Assembly (NCBI GenBank): GCA_964035575.1
Contig: OZ037840.1
Location: 1,054,001-1,118,000 of the forward strand
Reading direction: 5' to 3'
From: Rhynchopus sp. YZ270_cl-10
Lineage: Eukaryota
Length of the DNA: 64,000 bases
Part shown: one piece after another, positions 23,848-35,487 of the stretch
Layout: every line of letters begins with the position of its first letter
Numbering within the stretch: the first letter of the stretch is position 1
Program-made: the position numbers and the translations under genes
The notes under the pieces: model-generated
Database searches by the model: none
Told to the model about the DNA's origin: nothing
The model's input: only the letters and a program-made list of their open reading frames with translations

Positions 23848-26835
23848 TTGTGCAAACACCTGGACAAGGACTACCGCTGGGACGCGGCAGGGTGGGATCA
23901 CTCGGCCACCAGGTTCAACGAGTTGGTGGACGATGACGCACGTGTGGACCCGGGCGAGCAGCCCCAGCAGACCCTTAGGCAACGTGATCTCTCTTTGTCG
24001 ATCATCCTCCGACAAGCGGCTGCGGTGCGGGAGGCAGGCGATGTGCAGGACCTTGCTCGGCTGAACTCGCTCCAGCTGCCCATGGCTGGGGCGTGGGTAA
24101 CGGCTCTGCCCCTCCCGGAGAATGTCATCGATCCGGAGGCGTTTCGCGCTGTGGTCCGTCTTCGGTTGGGTCTGGTGATGTACAGAGACGATGTCCGCTG
24201 CGGACAATGCGCAGTGAGCATGGACCAGTATGGGATTCATGCCCTCAACTGCAAGCATGGGGGTTGCACGATTCGCAGGCACGACCGGCTCCGGGATCTG
24301 GTGGGCACGCTAGGTTCGAAGGCAGGTCTCGCTCCGGCCTTGGAACCCAAGCACATCGTCCTCGGGGGTACCAAGCCAGCAGACATCTTCTTCCCCATCG
24401 GCATAGGTGACGGTAGAGCCAGGGCGGTAGACTGTGTGGTTGCGAACCCCCTGGCCTCTTCGCATGTACAGGGGGCGGCGCGAGCGGTGGGGCACGCAGC
24501 GGTCAAGCATCAGTCCTGGAAGCGCGATAAGCACGGCAAAGCTTGCAGGACAGCACACATTTCCTTCTCCGCTTTTGCGGCCGAGGTCTTTGGGGGGCTG
24601 GGGCCGGAAGCAGCCACGCTGTGGCGGCACCTGAACAAGATTGCCGCGGAGCGTGCGGACGGGGATAAGGTCTTGGCCTCGGCCAAATGGAATGAGCGTC
24701 TGGCCGTGTGTGTACAGCGGGAGGTGGGTGCCACGCTGTTGAAGCGGGGGGCCTTGTGTTTCGGCCTTGGGGGTGATCGTGATGCAGTGCCGGCTGATAC
24801 TGTCGAACGTACCCCAGACTACTACGTCACACCTGACGACGCCCCAGACGATCGCTTCCCTACATACGTGGACGACCACCTGTACCGGCTCGCTGAGCAA
24901 GACTGTGAGATTGTTGAGGAACCAACCCCTGATCCACGAAGTGCGGCTGATGTTGATGAGGCTACTGCGGCGATGGAGAGGTGGTTACAGCGGCAGGCGC
25001 GCAAGAACCCTGTTCATCAGTCTTCCGTCGTCGTGGAAGTAGCTCCCTGCGAGGACCCAGCTGCGGCCTATGAGAAGCTGCATGAGGGTGACTCCCCTCC
25101 TGCCCTAGCGGTGCAGCTGTCCGCCGTCGGATGCTCCACTCCCGCGAACTTCCGCTACACCGTGGGTGACTGCTGTTTCGACGCTATGGCACACTTGAGC
25201 GGGAAGAACGCGGGGTCCCTGAGGCAGGTTGCGGTTGCACAGGTAGTCCAAGACGCGGACCTGGCGGCACGGGCTGAACCGAATGTCGCCGTGTGGTCGC
25301 GGCGGATGCTCATCGCTGGGTGTGATCGATCGGATACCTGGGCTGACACTGTGACCGTTGCCGGCCTTGCGCGCGCTCTGAACTCGCTGGTGGTGGTGTT
25401 TGTGGGTGGTCATAAGCCTTCGCTCTTCACCCCCTCGAGTGCGACGAATTACCAGAATGTGTTTGCGCTGGCTCACGACGGCCGCACGGTGGGCCACTTC
25501 ACGCCGGTCACCATCCCGGAGAAACTGAGGCAGTACTTCCTGATGCAGCCTCCGACGCCGCGCCTGCCGTCGCTCACTTGTGTGTCCCGCGTGGCAATGC
25601 TGGACTACCCTCAGGACGGAACGAGAGAGGATTTCGGGAAATGTGAGGTGTGCGGGTCTGCTGTCCTCGGCAGTGAGCAGCACTGGCAGTGCGGGGAGTG
25701 CGTGGCTTGGGCGTGCCGGCAGTGTCGTCCCCTCAGCTGCTCTTCCTGCCCACGGGCTCCAGCGGTTGTCAGCTTACCGAGTTCCTCAGGTGTCACTGCG
25801 CGCACACATCCAGCAGCGGACCCCAAGAGTAATGACTTGTTGCAGGAGCAGCGGGATAAACGCGTGGCCACGAGTGGGGCTACCATCAAGAAGAACAGGG
25901 ACCAGCTTCGTGCCCGGTTGCGTAAGGCTCCGACGGATGCCATGGATGTAGAGAGTGGCTATTCAAACACCACCCCAGCCCTCTCTACCTCCTCCGCGCC
26001 CCAGGTCGTGCAGACCCCTGTCCAACCTGGCACTTCGTCGCAGGCGCACTCTGCATCGGACGAGTCTCAGCAGCATCAGACAAATACGGAGAGTGGCTAT
26101 TACAACACCCACGCAGCCCTCCCCGTACCCGCGTCTGATGTGGCTGTTCCCTCATCCACCAGCACGAGAGAGCAGCCTCACGCTGTTCCGCAGGTCGCTA
26201 CGTCGCAGGCGCAGCCATCAAGGACCCATACGGAGAGTGGCTATTCAAACACCACCCCAGCCCTCCCCGTATACACGTCCTCTGAGGCAGCTCACTCTCA
26301 CGCTGACACGAGTGAGCAGCCACACGTCGCCTCGCAAGACAGTGCGTACTCCGCGGACCTCCTTGGCGGGTCCCAGCACGCAGTTCCCTTGCCTGGCGCA
26401 ACCTCGGTCCCCAGCACAGACACACCATCGGAGAGTGGCTACCAATCCGCACCACCAGCCCTCCCGAACCCTGTGCCGGTATGGAATGACATAGCGCCCT
26501 GCCCCGGGTTTGACTTGCCTATTCCAGAGACCGCTGATGAGTGGGAGGGGTTGTTCTCCCACTACCACTCATTTCAGCTCCCAAGGCGGGGACTCTATGA
26601 CGGCGGCGGAGGCTTTCGAGTACTGTGGGCGGTGGAGGACTGCAGTGAGGCCGATGTTGAGTCAGGAGGAGCTGAGGAAGGCGTCGACGCTGTGCAATCG
26701 CCTGAGGAGTCTTGTGCAGACGCGCCTTCGCTCCGCCGCATAGACTTTAGAGACTTCTTTTTACTTTTTCTCCCCTCTCCCCCCCCTTCTTCCCTTTCTC
26801 CTTCTTTTTTGGCTATTTTTATTTCGTTCACATAG
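23848..26835 (+). pseudogene. C-terminal part of the retrotransposon ORF: CCHC finger, RLE endonuclease, OTU-like protease, Cys-rich finger, ESGY repeats; RT domain missing
   Basis: AGAWVTALP, FRAVVRLRLG, C..C...D.YG.HALNC, RRHD, EP, KPADI, AVD, K..KH, AAEVFGGLG. Then TVGDCCFDA...LRQ...WAD...GHF, and CEVC..CGEC..C..C. No ATG at the start. Confidence 0.85.
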
Positions 26836-27117
26836 CCTAGATTCGGACCTGTTTTCAGGCCGACCGTGTACAGCCGGGTAGAGCTAGACAACGCCAACAG
26901 CTGTGGCCCAAGGAGGTCCTCAGTGTTGTCTGCCAATCCCCTTAACCCAACAAAAGACTACAAAATAAAAACAATCTAGACAAAGCCGCCCCCATCCCCG
27001 TCCAGGCAAAATAAAAAAAGTAAAAGAATGCCCTTCCTCAGTCCGGAAGTATCACCTCAACCGGTTACCTGCCGTAAAAGAGAGAGAGGTTACAGAACTA
27101 TTGTAAGAAATTAAAAA
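23848..27117 (+). mobile_element. 5'-truncated CRE-clade-like (RLE) non-LTR retrotransposon
   Basis: TSD AAATAAATAT (23838-23847 / 27118-27127) and an A-rich tail. The ORF begins at the insertion edge. Unit 1 shows the uninterrupted site. Confidence 0.88.
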
Positions 27118-27215
27118 AAATAAATATGTGATGCTCAAAACATCAAAATTCTTGCTTTATTTGCATTTTTGGGTCCATCTGAGCCCAAAAAAAATTTTTT
27201 TTTTCGGCTGAAAAT

Positions 27216-28897
27216 ACCACTCACTTCAGCTCCCAAGGTGGGTACGGACTGACGGCAGCGGAGGCTTTCGAGTACTGTGGGCGGTGGAGGTCTGCAGTGA
27301 AGCCGATGTTGAGGGAGCTGAAGAAGTCGGCGGAGCTGTGCAATCGCCTGCGGAGTCTTGTGCAGACGCGTCGTCGGACCGCCTCATAGACACTAGAGTC
27401 ACCATTTTTCCACTTTTCACTTTTCGTTTCCCTCCCTCCCCCCCCCCCTAGGGGATACGACTCCAGCCATTTTGGCTGGGACCAAACGCACGGAAAATTC
27501 ATTTGGCATTATCTGGCCATCTCCAAGGCAACTGCGGGTGAAAAACACCCTCAGAGTGGGTCACAGGGGGCCTGTGGGTCGAAAAACGACCCAGAAGCCA
27601 CCCCAGAATACAAAAAAATGGAAAAAAATAGTGAAAAAACGGCTTTTTTCACGTTTTGGCCACTTTGGGCAAAATAGCGATTTTTCGAGAAAAAAATCAA
27701 AAACCGGGATATTTTTTGACATCACAAAGCCTCCTTTGGCACAAATATACCCCAAAAGTGGCCTGTGAGTCCATTCCAACCTGTTTTGGACATATTTGAC
27801 ACTTTTGGAAGTGTTTTTTTGGTGTTTTTAGGTCAAAAAAATGCCCAAGACGTCCCCAAGACATCCCCAAGACACTTTGCACACCCCCTGTTACGGTCAT
27901 ATTTTTTTCGTTTTTTTGCCTGAAACCCCCAAAATACCCCTCCCGGACCCCACATAGTCCCGAATATCCATCACACACCCACTCAGAGTGAGTAGAAGCA
28001 CCCCAAAAAAAATATTTTTTAAAGCCCTAAAATTGTGCTTCAGTTTCGGCAGCATCCATGTTGAAGTTGAAGGGCTTTAAAAAATATTTTTTTTGGGGTG
28101 CTTCTACTCACTCTGAGTGGGTGTGTGATGGATATTCGGGACTATGTGGGGTCCGGGAGGGGTATTTTGGGGGTTTCAGGCAAAAAAACGAAAAAAATAT
28201 GACCGTAACAGGGGGTGTGCAAAGTGTCTTGGGGATGTCTTGGGGACGTCTTGGGCATTTTTTTGACCTAAAAACACCAAAAAAAACACTTCCAAAAGTG
28301 TCAAATATGTCCAAAACAGGTTGGAATGGACTCACAGGCCACTTTTGGGGTATATTTGTGCCAAAGGAGGCTTTGTGATGTCAAAAAATATCCCGGTTTT
28401 TGATTTTTTTCTCGAAAAATCGCTATTTTGCCCAAAGTGGCCAAAACGTGAAAAAAGCCGTTTTTTCACTATTTTTTTCCATTTTTTTGTATTCTGGGGT
28501 GGCTTCTGGGTCGTTTTTCGACCCACAGGCCCCCTGTGACCCACTCTGAGGGTGTTTTTCACCCGCAGTTGCCTTGGAGATGACCAGATAATGCCAAATG
28601 AATTTTCCGTGCGCAAAAAATGGCTGGAGTCGTACCCCCTACTCCCCCCCCCCCTTTTATAGACTAGAGTGTACAGCCAGGCCTGGCTAGACGGCGTTAA
28701 CAGCTTTGAGCCAAGGAGGTTCATCGTGTCGTCATGCACGCAGCTGAGGCCGCCCCGTACCCCCTCCAGGCAAATAAAAAAGTAAAAGAATGCCCTTCCT
28801 CAGTCCGGAAGTATCACCTCAACCGGTCACCTGCCGTAAAAGAGAGAGAGGTTACAGATATTTAAAAAAAACGTTAAAAAAAAAAAAAAAAAAAAAA
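27216..28897 (+). mobile_element. Second, shorter and diverged 3' fragment of the same retrotransposon family
   Basis: Begins with sequence homologous to about 26564. Shares the 3' end agaatgcccttcctcagtccggaagtatcacctcaaccgg. Poly(A) at 28876-28897; AAAAT duplicated. Confidence 0.85.
27449..28641. mobile_element. ~1.2-kb foldback element (arms about 580 bp, spacer about 42 bp)
   Basis: TAGGGGATACGACTCCAGCCATTT / AAATGGCTGGAGTCGTACCCCCTA. Arms are near-perfect reverse complements around 28029-28070. CT(C)11 on both flanks. Confidence 0.9.
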
Positions 28898-29063
28898 TTT
28901 TGTCTTTGCGAAAAAAAAAAAAAAAATCGAGCAGTGAAATAAAGAGTGAAATAAAGAGTGAAATAAAGAAATAAAGCCTTTTTTATTTCACTGCCGTTTT
29001 TATTTTTCTACAGGAATTTGTTAGGGGAGTGAAATTAAAGTGCCCCGACGTGCAATAAATGTA

Positions 29064-29746
29064 GAATTTTGATGTTTTGAGCATCACATATTTATTTCCC
29101 GGTCATTTTCTGTACAAAAAACCGGTTTGTATGGGCCAGCGCCTTAGCAAAAATCCGAAAAATCGGGGAAAAAAATTTTTTTTTCCCCGGAAAATTTCGA
29201 CTCCTGGGTGGGGTCTTGGGGTACCGAAAAATGCAAAAAAACGCAAAATTTGGGTATTTTGACCATCTGAGGGATTTTTTCACCTGTTTCACCTTAGATG
29301 GAAGCGGATGCGGCTGGTGGGGGTGGGGTGTGCCCACCTACGGGAACAGCGCTGCCTGTGGAGTGGCCACTCCATTGGCCTCAATGGTGTTTAGGTCGGA
29401 CATCAGCAACTCTGCAAGGTTGTGATACAGAAGATAAAGATATTTCGAAAAAGAGAAAAATTTGAATGAAGATAACCCCAACACCAAAGGGAAGTTGATA
29501 CGATGAACGTAAGCCTTGAGAACTAAGCGTTTAGCAGACCCCCGGGTTGTGAAATAAAAGTGCCCCGTTGTGCAATAAAAAAATGTATTGTTGGTGTAAT
29601 ATTTTGCCTTAATTTCACTTACAGCCCCAAAACCCCTCGGAGTGGTATTTTTTCCCCTCGGGCTGCGCCCTCGGGGAAAAAAACCACTCCTCGGGGTTTT
29701 TTGGGGCTGTGCGTGAAATAAAGGCAAAAATATTACACGTCAATAA
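29064..29746 (-). mobile_element. Inverted, right-truncated copy of the non-autonomous YR derivative (unit 3)
   Basis: Reverse complement of about 20896-21750 with a ~175-bp indel. Ends CACGTCAATAA followed by TATATA. Confidence 0.85.
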
Positions 29747-30134
29747 TATATATGTTTGTCCGCTCCGTATGTGATGTTATTTGAAAAGTGAGAAGTCGTT
29801 GTGGAAAATAAATGCTGGTGAAAACAGACTGTTATGCGTTTGAAGCCGCGAAGACCAAGAAACACAATTTAGTCCTCTACATTTCTAATTTAAAAAATGT
29901 AGTTTTGCTCATTTACCAAGCCCAAGCCAAAAAAAAAGAAAAAGAAAAAAAAGAAAAAGAAAAAACGGGTTCACGACGAATGCCGTCTATACCTTCCGTA
30001 GTACAAAGTCTTCGGCCAACATTGAGCACAGGCCCTGCTAGCCCCAAGTGGGTTCTTAGGAGATTGTCGACACAACAACAACAACAACAAAAAAACGAAA
30101 TATAAACGCAGATCTCTATACCAGTAGGTGTAAC

Positions 30135-30969
30135 CAGGGCACTAGCTAGGTGCTTTTTTGCGGTTTCAAAACCGCAAAAACCCGGTTTTGCGGTTTGGTG
30201 AAAAAAAAAAAAAAAAACGGAAAATCTCGGGGCAGAAGAAAAAAAAAATGTGGGGGGTTTTGGGCACTGTTGGGGCCCCCTCGCCCGACCCCCAGATGAC
30301 TGGCATGACAGCACCTTAATTTTTTCTGCTCGCTGCGTTCACGGGAGTACACCCCAAAAAAATTTCCGCTCGCTTCGCGAGCGGAGTTAACCCATATTTT
30401 TTTTTGCCTGCGGGGCCATTTTCCTTTTTTGTTGAGTGACTCTGGTGTAAAACCGGCATCTTTACACCGTACCCTAATTTTTTTTGCCTGCGGCGCCATT
30501 TATTATTTTACAATGTCTTCGGGAATCCCCTTGCAATTTGGACAGTTGCATTTTGCAACCGAAAATGCAATCGATTCAGGTAGAGGGGTGGTCCACGATA
30601 GGGGAGATTAAGTCAGAGCATAGTGAGCCGGCGTGCCACTGCGGACATGGAGGAGTATGTGATAGAATGGTCGACAGCAAACAGGAGACTGGGGGGAGTA
30701 TGTGCGAACGTCGGAAGCTGTGCAGACCATGCGGCAACACATGCTCACGACAGAAGCATTCTGATACATGCAATGAAGTTGGTAGGAGATTCCACCAGGG
30801 GTCAGTCGGGTTTAGCCCCGTAAAAAATGCCCTGTAAATAACCCCTTCCCAAAATCTCCCCGTCCCTCATTCGTGTGTTTTCCCTTCTAGTTTGTCGCCG
30901 CGCGAATTTTTTTTTTGAAACCGCAAAACCGCAAAAAAACGGGAAAAAAAAAGTCTAGCTAGTGCCCTG
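30135..30969. mobile_element. hAT-like MITE
   Basis: TIR CAGGGCACTAGCTAG, 8-bp TSD GGTGTAAC, empty site at about 38926. Confidence 0.9.
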
Positions 30970-32154
30970 GGTGTAACGTATAGGTTGTAGAAAAAAAAGT
31001 AGTATAAAGTAATAACGGTATCCACGACACGAGAGAGAGGTGAGGAACGGCTGTGTGGAGCTCACACGAAAAGAAAAGAAGAAGAAAAACGAAACCGAGG
31101 TGTCTACGCGATATCAATTGTTTAAAAAAAGCAAAAGCAAAACCACATTGTAACCTAGTGTAGTCACAGTGAGTACCTTGATGAGGTTTTACTTTCTTCA
31201 CTTTGTGCTGTGGTAGCTCCACGAACAGGAACAAAGCCAGATATACCGTGACATCTGGCTTCAACTGGATATCTGTGGTGCGTTTCTCCTTTTGATAGTG
31301 GCTTGCAGATGTTACGGTGCGTGTGTGTGTGTTTGTGTTATCAAGCATTGACGAATAGAAATGGAAAACGATGGATGGTGCGTGCCCGCAAGTGCTTGGG
31401 TTTTTCTTCACTAACACATATCCCACACATATTCTGCAGTGAAAACTCACAAGCCTTTTGCGGTGCGATAAAACGAAAAAGTGTTTTCTTTTTTCATTTA
31501 ACTGTCATATCCTGAAGTCGTTTTCTATTTTGATTTTTTCTTTGTCTTTTGTCTTTTTTGTACTTTCTCTCCTTTTGAGTGTGGCTTGTAGATGTTACGG
31601 TGTGTGTGTGTGCGTTTTTTTTTTTTTGTTTTGTTTTTTGTCTTTGTACTTTCTCTTCTTTGATGTGAAAGCTTTCTATTATTTTTTTTTGTGTGTTGTG
31701 TCAACCTCGAATGGATGCAGGACTGTTGGGGTCCACCCACGGTGCACCGGTCAAGCACCGAGGTACACTGTCACGAGAGCTGCTTTTGTCGACCAGATTT
31801 TTCCTGAAATTTGGGCAGGGTTTGGTGGTATTACCCCCCACACAAACTCCACAAAATTTTTAGGCAAAATTACATACAATGCAACGAGGCCGACTGCGCC
31901 TGAAAATAGGCATCAAAAAATTCAAAAAATGTAAAATCTATGTGAGGCGTGGCTGAGGCGTTAATCCTCATAATGGTTCTGAACTGTCCAAAAATCAAGC
32001 CTGGGGGTACCACACACGTCTTTACCCCTACTTATAATCACGTCGCAAGCCACGCCTGAGTATTATTAGTCCCCCTCAGCCACGCCTGTATCAGGCCTTA
32101 GTGAGGATTGTTCAGCCTCGTTGCATTGTCTGAAATTAGTTGGTTTGTAAGTTA

Positions 32155-32690
32155 CTGGGGGGGAGCTATTAAAGTATACGTATACTTTATTCGGCGGGAA
32201 TTACTGCTTAAATGGCCAAAAAACGAAAAAGGAAAAAAAAAAAAAAAATCACTGTTATTTTGGGGTTTCTAGTGGCCGAAACCTCACGAAAACACCACCA
32301 TTGACATTTTTGGGCCAATCCCAGCCAGTGGTGGGGTCAATGTGGAAAAATGAACAATTTTTTGGTGACTTAAATTTTCACAAATCTGAACCCCATCAGT
32401 ACCAATCGTGTAAAAACTGATACACGCGTTTTAGGTCAAAAATACTCGTTTCTCAGCGCAAAGTGACCCCATCACAGCACGTACAGAATCCGGACCACCG
32501 AAATCAAAAAAAATAATTTTCGATTTTTTGTGCAAAACTTGCTGGAAAATTTTTTTAGTAAGAAAAATGTACACAAAAACCGTATACTTTATTTCACAGA
32601 TTTCCACGCTCAAAATGGGTTTCCGCGCCGTATACTTTATTACCCCCGTATACTTTATTAGCACCGTATACTTTATTAGCCCCCCCCCAG
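32155..32690. mobile_element. TA-flanked Tc1/mariner-like MITE
   Basis: TIR CTGGGGGGG..GCTA.TAAAGTATACG, repeated cgtatactttat motifs, empty site at about 44790. Confidence 0.85.
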
Positions 32691-35487
32691 TAAGTCAATT
32701 TTTTCTGTTTTTTTTTTCTCTCTTTTTTTTTTTGCTTTTTTTTTTTTTTTTGCGTTGATGTGGAAGAGGAGGGTTGATAACAAAGCATTCACAGATAACC
32801 CCGCAAGAGGAAAAAGAAAAAATAATATTCAGGGTGAGTGGTGTGTCTCTTTGTGCGGTTGTTTTTTTCCTATCTCTTTCTTTTCTTTGATTTGAAAGGG
32901 GGCATGTGTTGACCCTCTCACATACTTTCAATTCTGTGAATTGAAAGTATATGAATCTAATTTTCTTTGATTGGAAAGTGTCTGAAGCTATTTTCAAACT
33001 AATTTTACATCGCATTGTTGTTAAAATCAACGTTGAAAAAACCCCACGAAGCAGAAACACCCACCCGCAAATTATTTTTTTTGTGACTCTGTGATTTGTG
33101 TTACGGTCAAACCTCCCCGCCACCAGTTGGGACTATTCTTTGCTGTTCTTGCTCTATGTTTTTTTTCTCTTTTTTTTTCTTTTCTGCTGAACTCTCATTG
33201 AAAACTGGCAACACTTTTTACCTGCAAGTGTTGTCTATAACCAAAACAAAATTTTCTTTTCTGCTGTACCCTACTTTTTATTTGCAAAAAAAAACAAAAG
33301 ATTTTTTATTCAAAAAAAAAAGAGGAGACGACGCTGGACAAAAAAAAAACCCTATCTTTCGCTTTGAAAATATTAATCATTTCTTCTTTCTTTCCCCACT
33401 TTTTTTGATTATTTTTTTTTTTTCTCTCAACGGTATTTACAAAAAGGAATCATTTTTATTTTTGTGAATTCGTCCCTTTCCTCCTCCTGTCCCCCCTCCC
33501 AAACTTGCTCTCTTTGCCCCCTTCGCTCTTCTTCACACTTTTTGTCTTCGTGAAGGGGCATTGGGGAGTACCCTGTACAACTCACAGAAGCTTTTAACGT
33601 AGGTGTGGTCTGTGTGGCTGCGTTATATACTTCCCTCGCGTCGCAATGTGAAGCGGGCAAAATACAATATAATGCCACCAGAATTGTCACACTTTCCCCG
33701 CCCCCCCAGCACTGTGGTTTTGTACTAGGGGGCTAGCATCTACTGGTTCCTCTTTGAGTGCGCTCATCGGATGTGGTGTCTGCAAAATAAATTGCCTTTT
33801 TCTCTCTCTTTCCTTCTCTTTCCGTGCTTATTGCTATACACGTTGGATTGTGTAATGTCATTACGTGACGAGTGACGAGAGCAAAAACGGGGTCAAAATA
33901 CGCGTCACTGCCGTCACTACGTCGGCATGCCGACCCCGTAACGACGACGTCCTGACGCCCGTAATGTCCGTACGATTCCATCGTGTACGCTAACAATCAA
34001 AGTATCTAAGCAGCGTTGGGTTTCAGGCTCATCTTACCAAAAAAACAAAACAAAACAAAAAAAAAAGTTGCTCTTAAGGGTTCAGGACGAACGACGTCTA
34101 TACCTTCCGTGGTACAAAAGGCTTCGGCCAACATTGATTTTTTTCTTTGGTTAACACAACCGTATTTGACAGAAATGCTCGATACCCTCATGAAATGTCG
34201 CGCCTCTGCGTATCCCCTTCCCCGCTTCCCCGTAAGCGAACAACAAACAACGTTTTTTTATTATCAGATGTAAACCACGAAATGGATTGTAGGACCTGCA
34301 TGGTTGGGTGTCCACCCCCTGGTACAGCCGGTCATACCAAGGTACACTGTTCACGAGAAGGCTTTTGTATTTCAACTCTACCTTTTCCCCCCCTCCCCGT
34401 TAGTCTTTTTTTAGCTATAAGCAAAGAGTAACGAGTCTCTCGCGCATTTTGGTGAAGTGCACGGCTTCGAGGCTATCGTTCCAGATTTTCTTTACCACCC
34501 CCGTGTTAAACCCTGATAAGATACAACACTTGTCCGTGCTAAGCGTGGTCCTTCGCTTTCTCCCCATCTCTGTGTCTCGGTCAGTCTCTAAAAAAAATTT
34601 CGCGTTTTTTGAGAACCACTTTCCGACAATCAGAGACCCGCGAGAGAGTGTTTGCGTCTGCCATCTCTGTGAGTACAGCCCGGCTATATAAGGGCCTCTC
34701 GGGCACAGGACAACACACAAATTAAAGAAAAGCTGAAAAAAGATGAACGCACCATGCAAACATCAAAAGAAATGTTTTGTCAGATGGCCCCTAAGCGATC
34801 CAGTGCTCAGTGAACAGCGGGAAGAATCAAGAACGGGAATGGAAAAGGCTGTTTGCCTTTGCTGCACCCTGTAAGAGATTTCTTAGATCCCATTCTCCCC
34901 AAGGTGCTTGGTATTTAACCCCCTTCAGTGGCCACTTTCATTTGTTCAATTTTTTGTTTGGCTTCACGAAGCGCAAATCATGACCATCGTTTCTTTTTTT
35001 GACAGACAAAAAAAAAGATCTTGTGAATTGAAAAGGGCTGGCGTATATTGCCATTGTTGCTATTCTTATTCCTTCCCCCAAAAAACCCCCCAAGAACGCA
35101 TCTTTGACTTACTTCTGTGTGCGAGCAAATTTGTTCCATTTTATATGATTGGAACGCAAAAGCAGAGAAAAAAACAAAATTATTTTAGTACTAAACCCAT
35201 CTTGTCACGGGTTGTTGTACGTATCGCAGTAGTGTGCATCGCTTCAGGGAAAGTGGATTCTTGCATGTGTCCATTCCAAAAAATAATAATTGTCAAGCAA
35301 ACAAAAAAAGCAAAACTAAATAATACAAAAGGTGAAGAAAGAAGTATTGCAGTGATTTACAGAAAAAAATAGCCTCACATATTTGTCCACCTCTGTCCCC
35401 ACGTTCACTCTCTTCTCGTTTTTCGTCTGTCCAAGCAACCACCACACCACAGATACCCCACCCCGATCCCGTGGGAACAGTACAAAG

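Larger units (their letters stand above)
21969..29058 (+). mobile_element. Recombinase-encoding Crypton-like element (unit 2), interrupted by two retroelement insertions
   Basis: Left end TTATTGACGTG followed by the hairpin; right end GTGAAATTAAAGTGCCCCGACGTGCAATAA at 29029-29058. Contains the YR ORF. Its right-end sequence is colinear with unit 1 once 23848-27127 and 27216-28898 are removed. Confidence 0.85.

Noticed and set aside
20890..29752. Reading the whole block as one element with ~700-bp TIRs
   Set aside because: An internal third left end and two right ends show it is three units of one family.
35383..35487. N-terminal extensions of paralogues 3 and 4 (also 59760-59864)
   Set aside because: TTG starts in a pyrimidine-rich leader; the ATGs at 35488 and 59865 align with paralogues 1 and 2.
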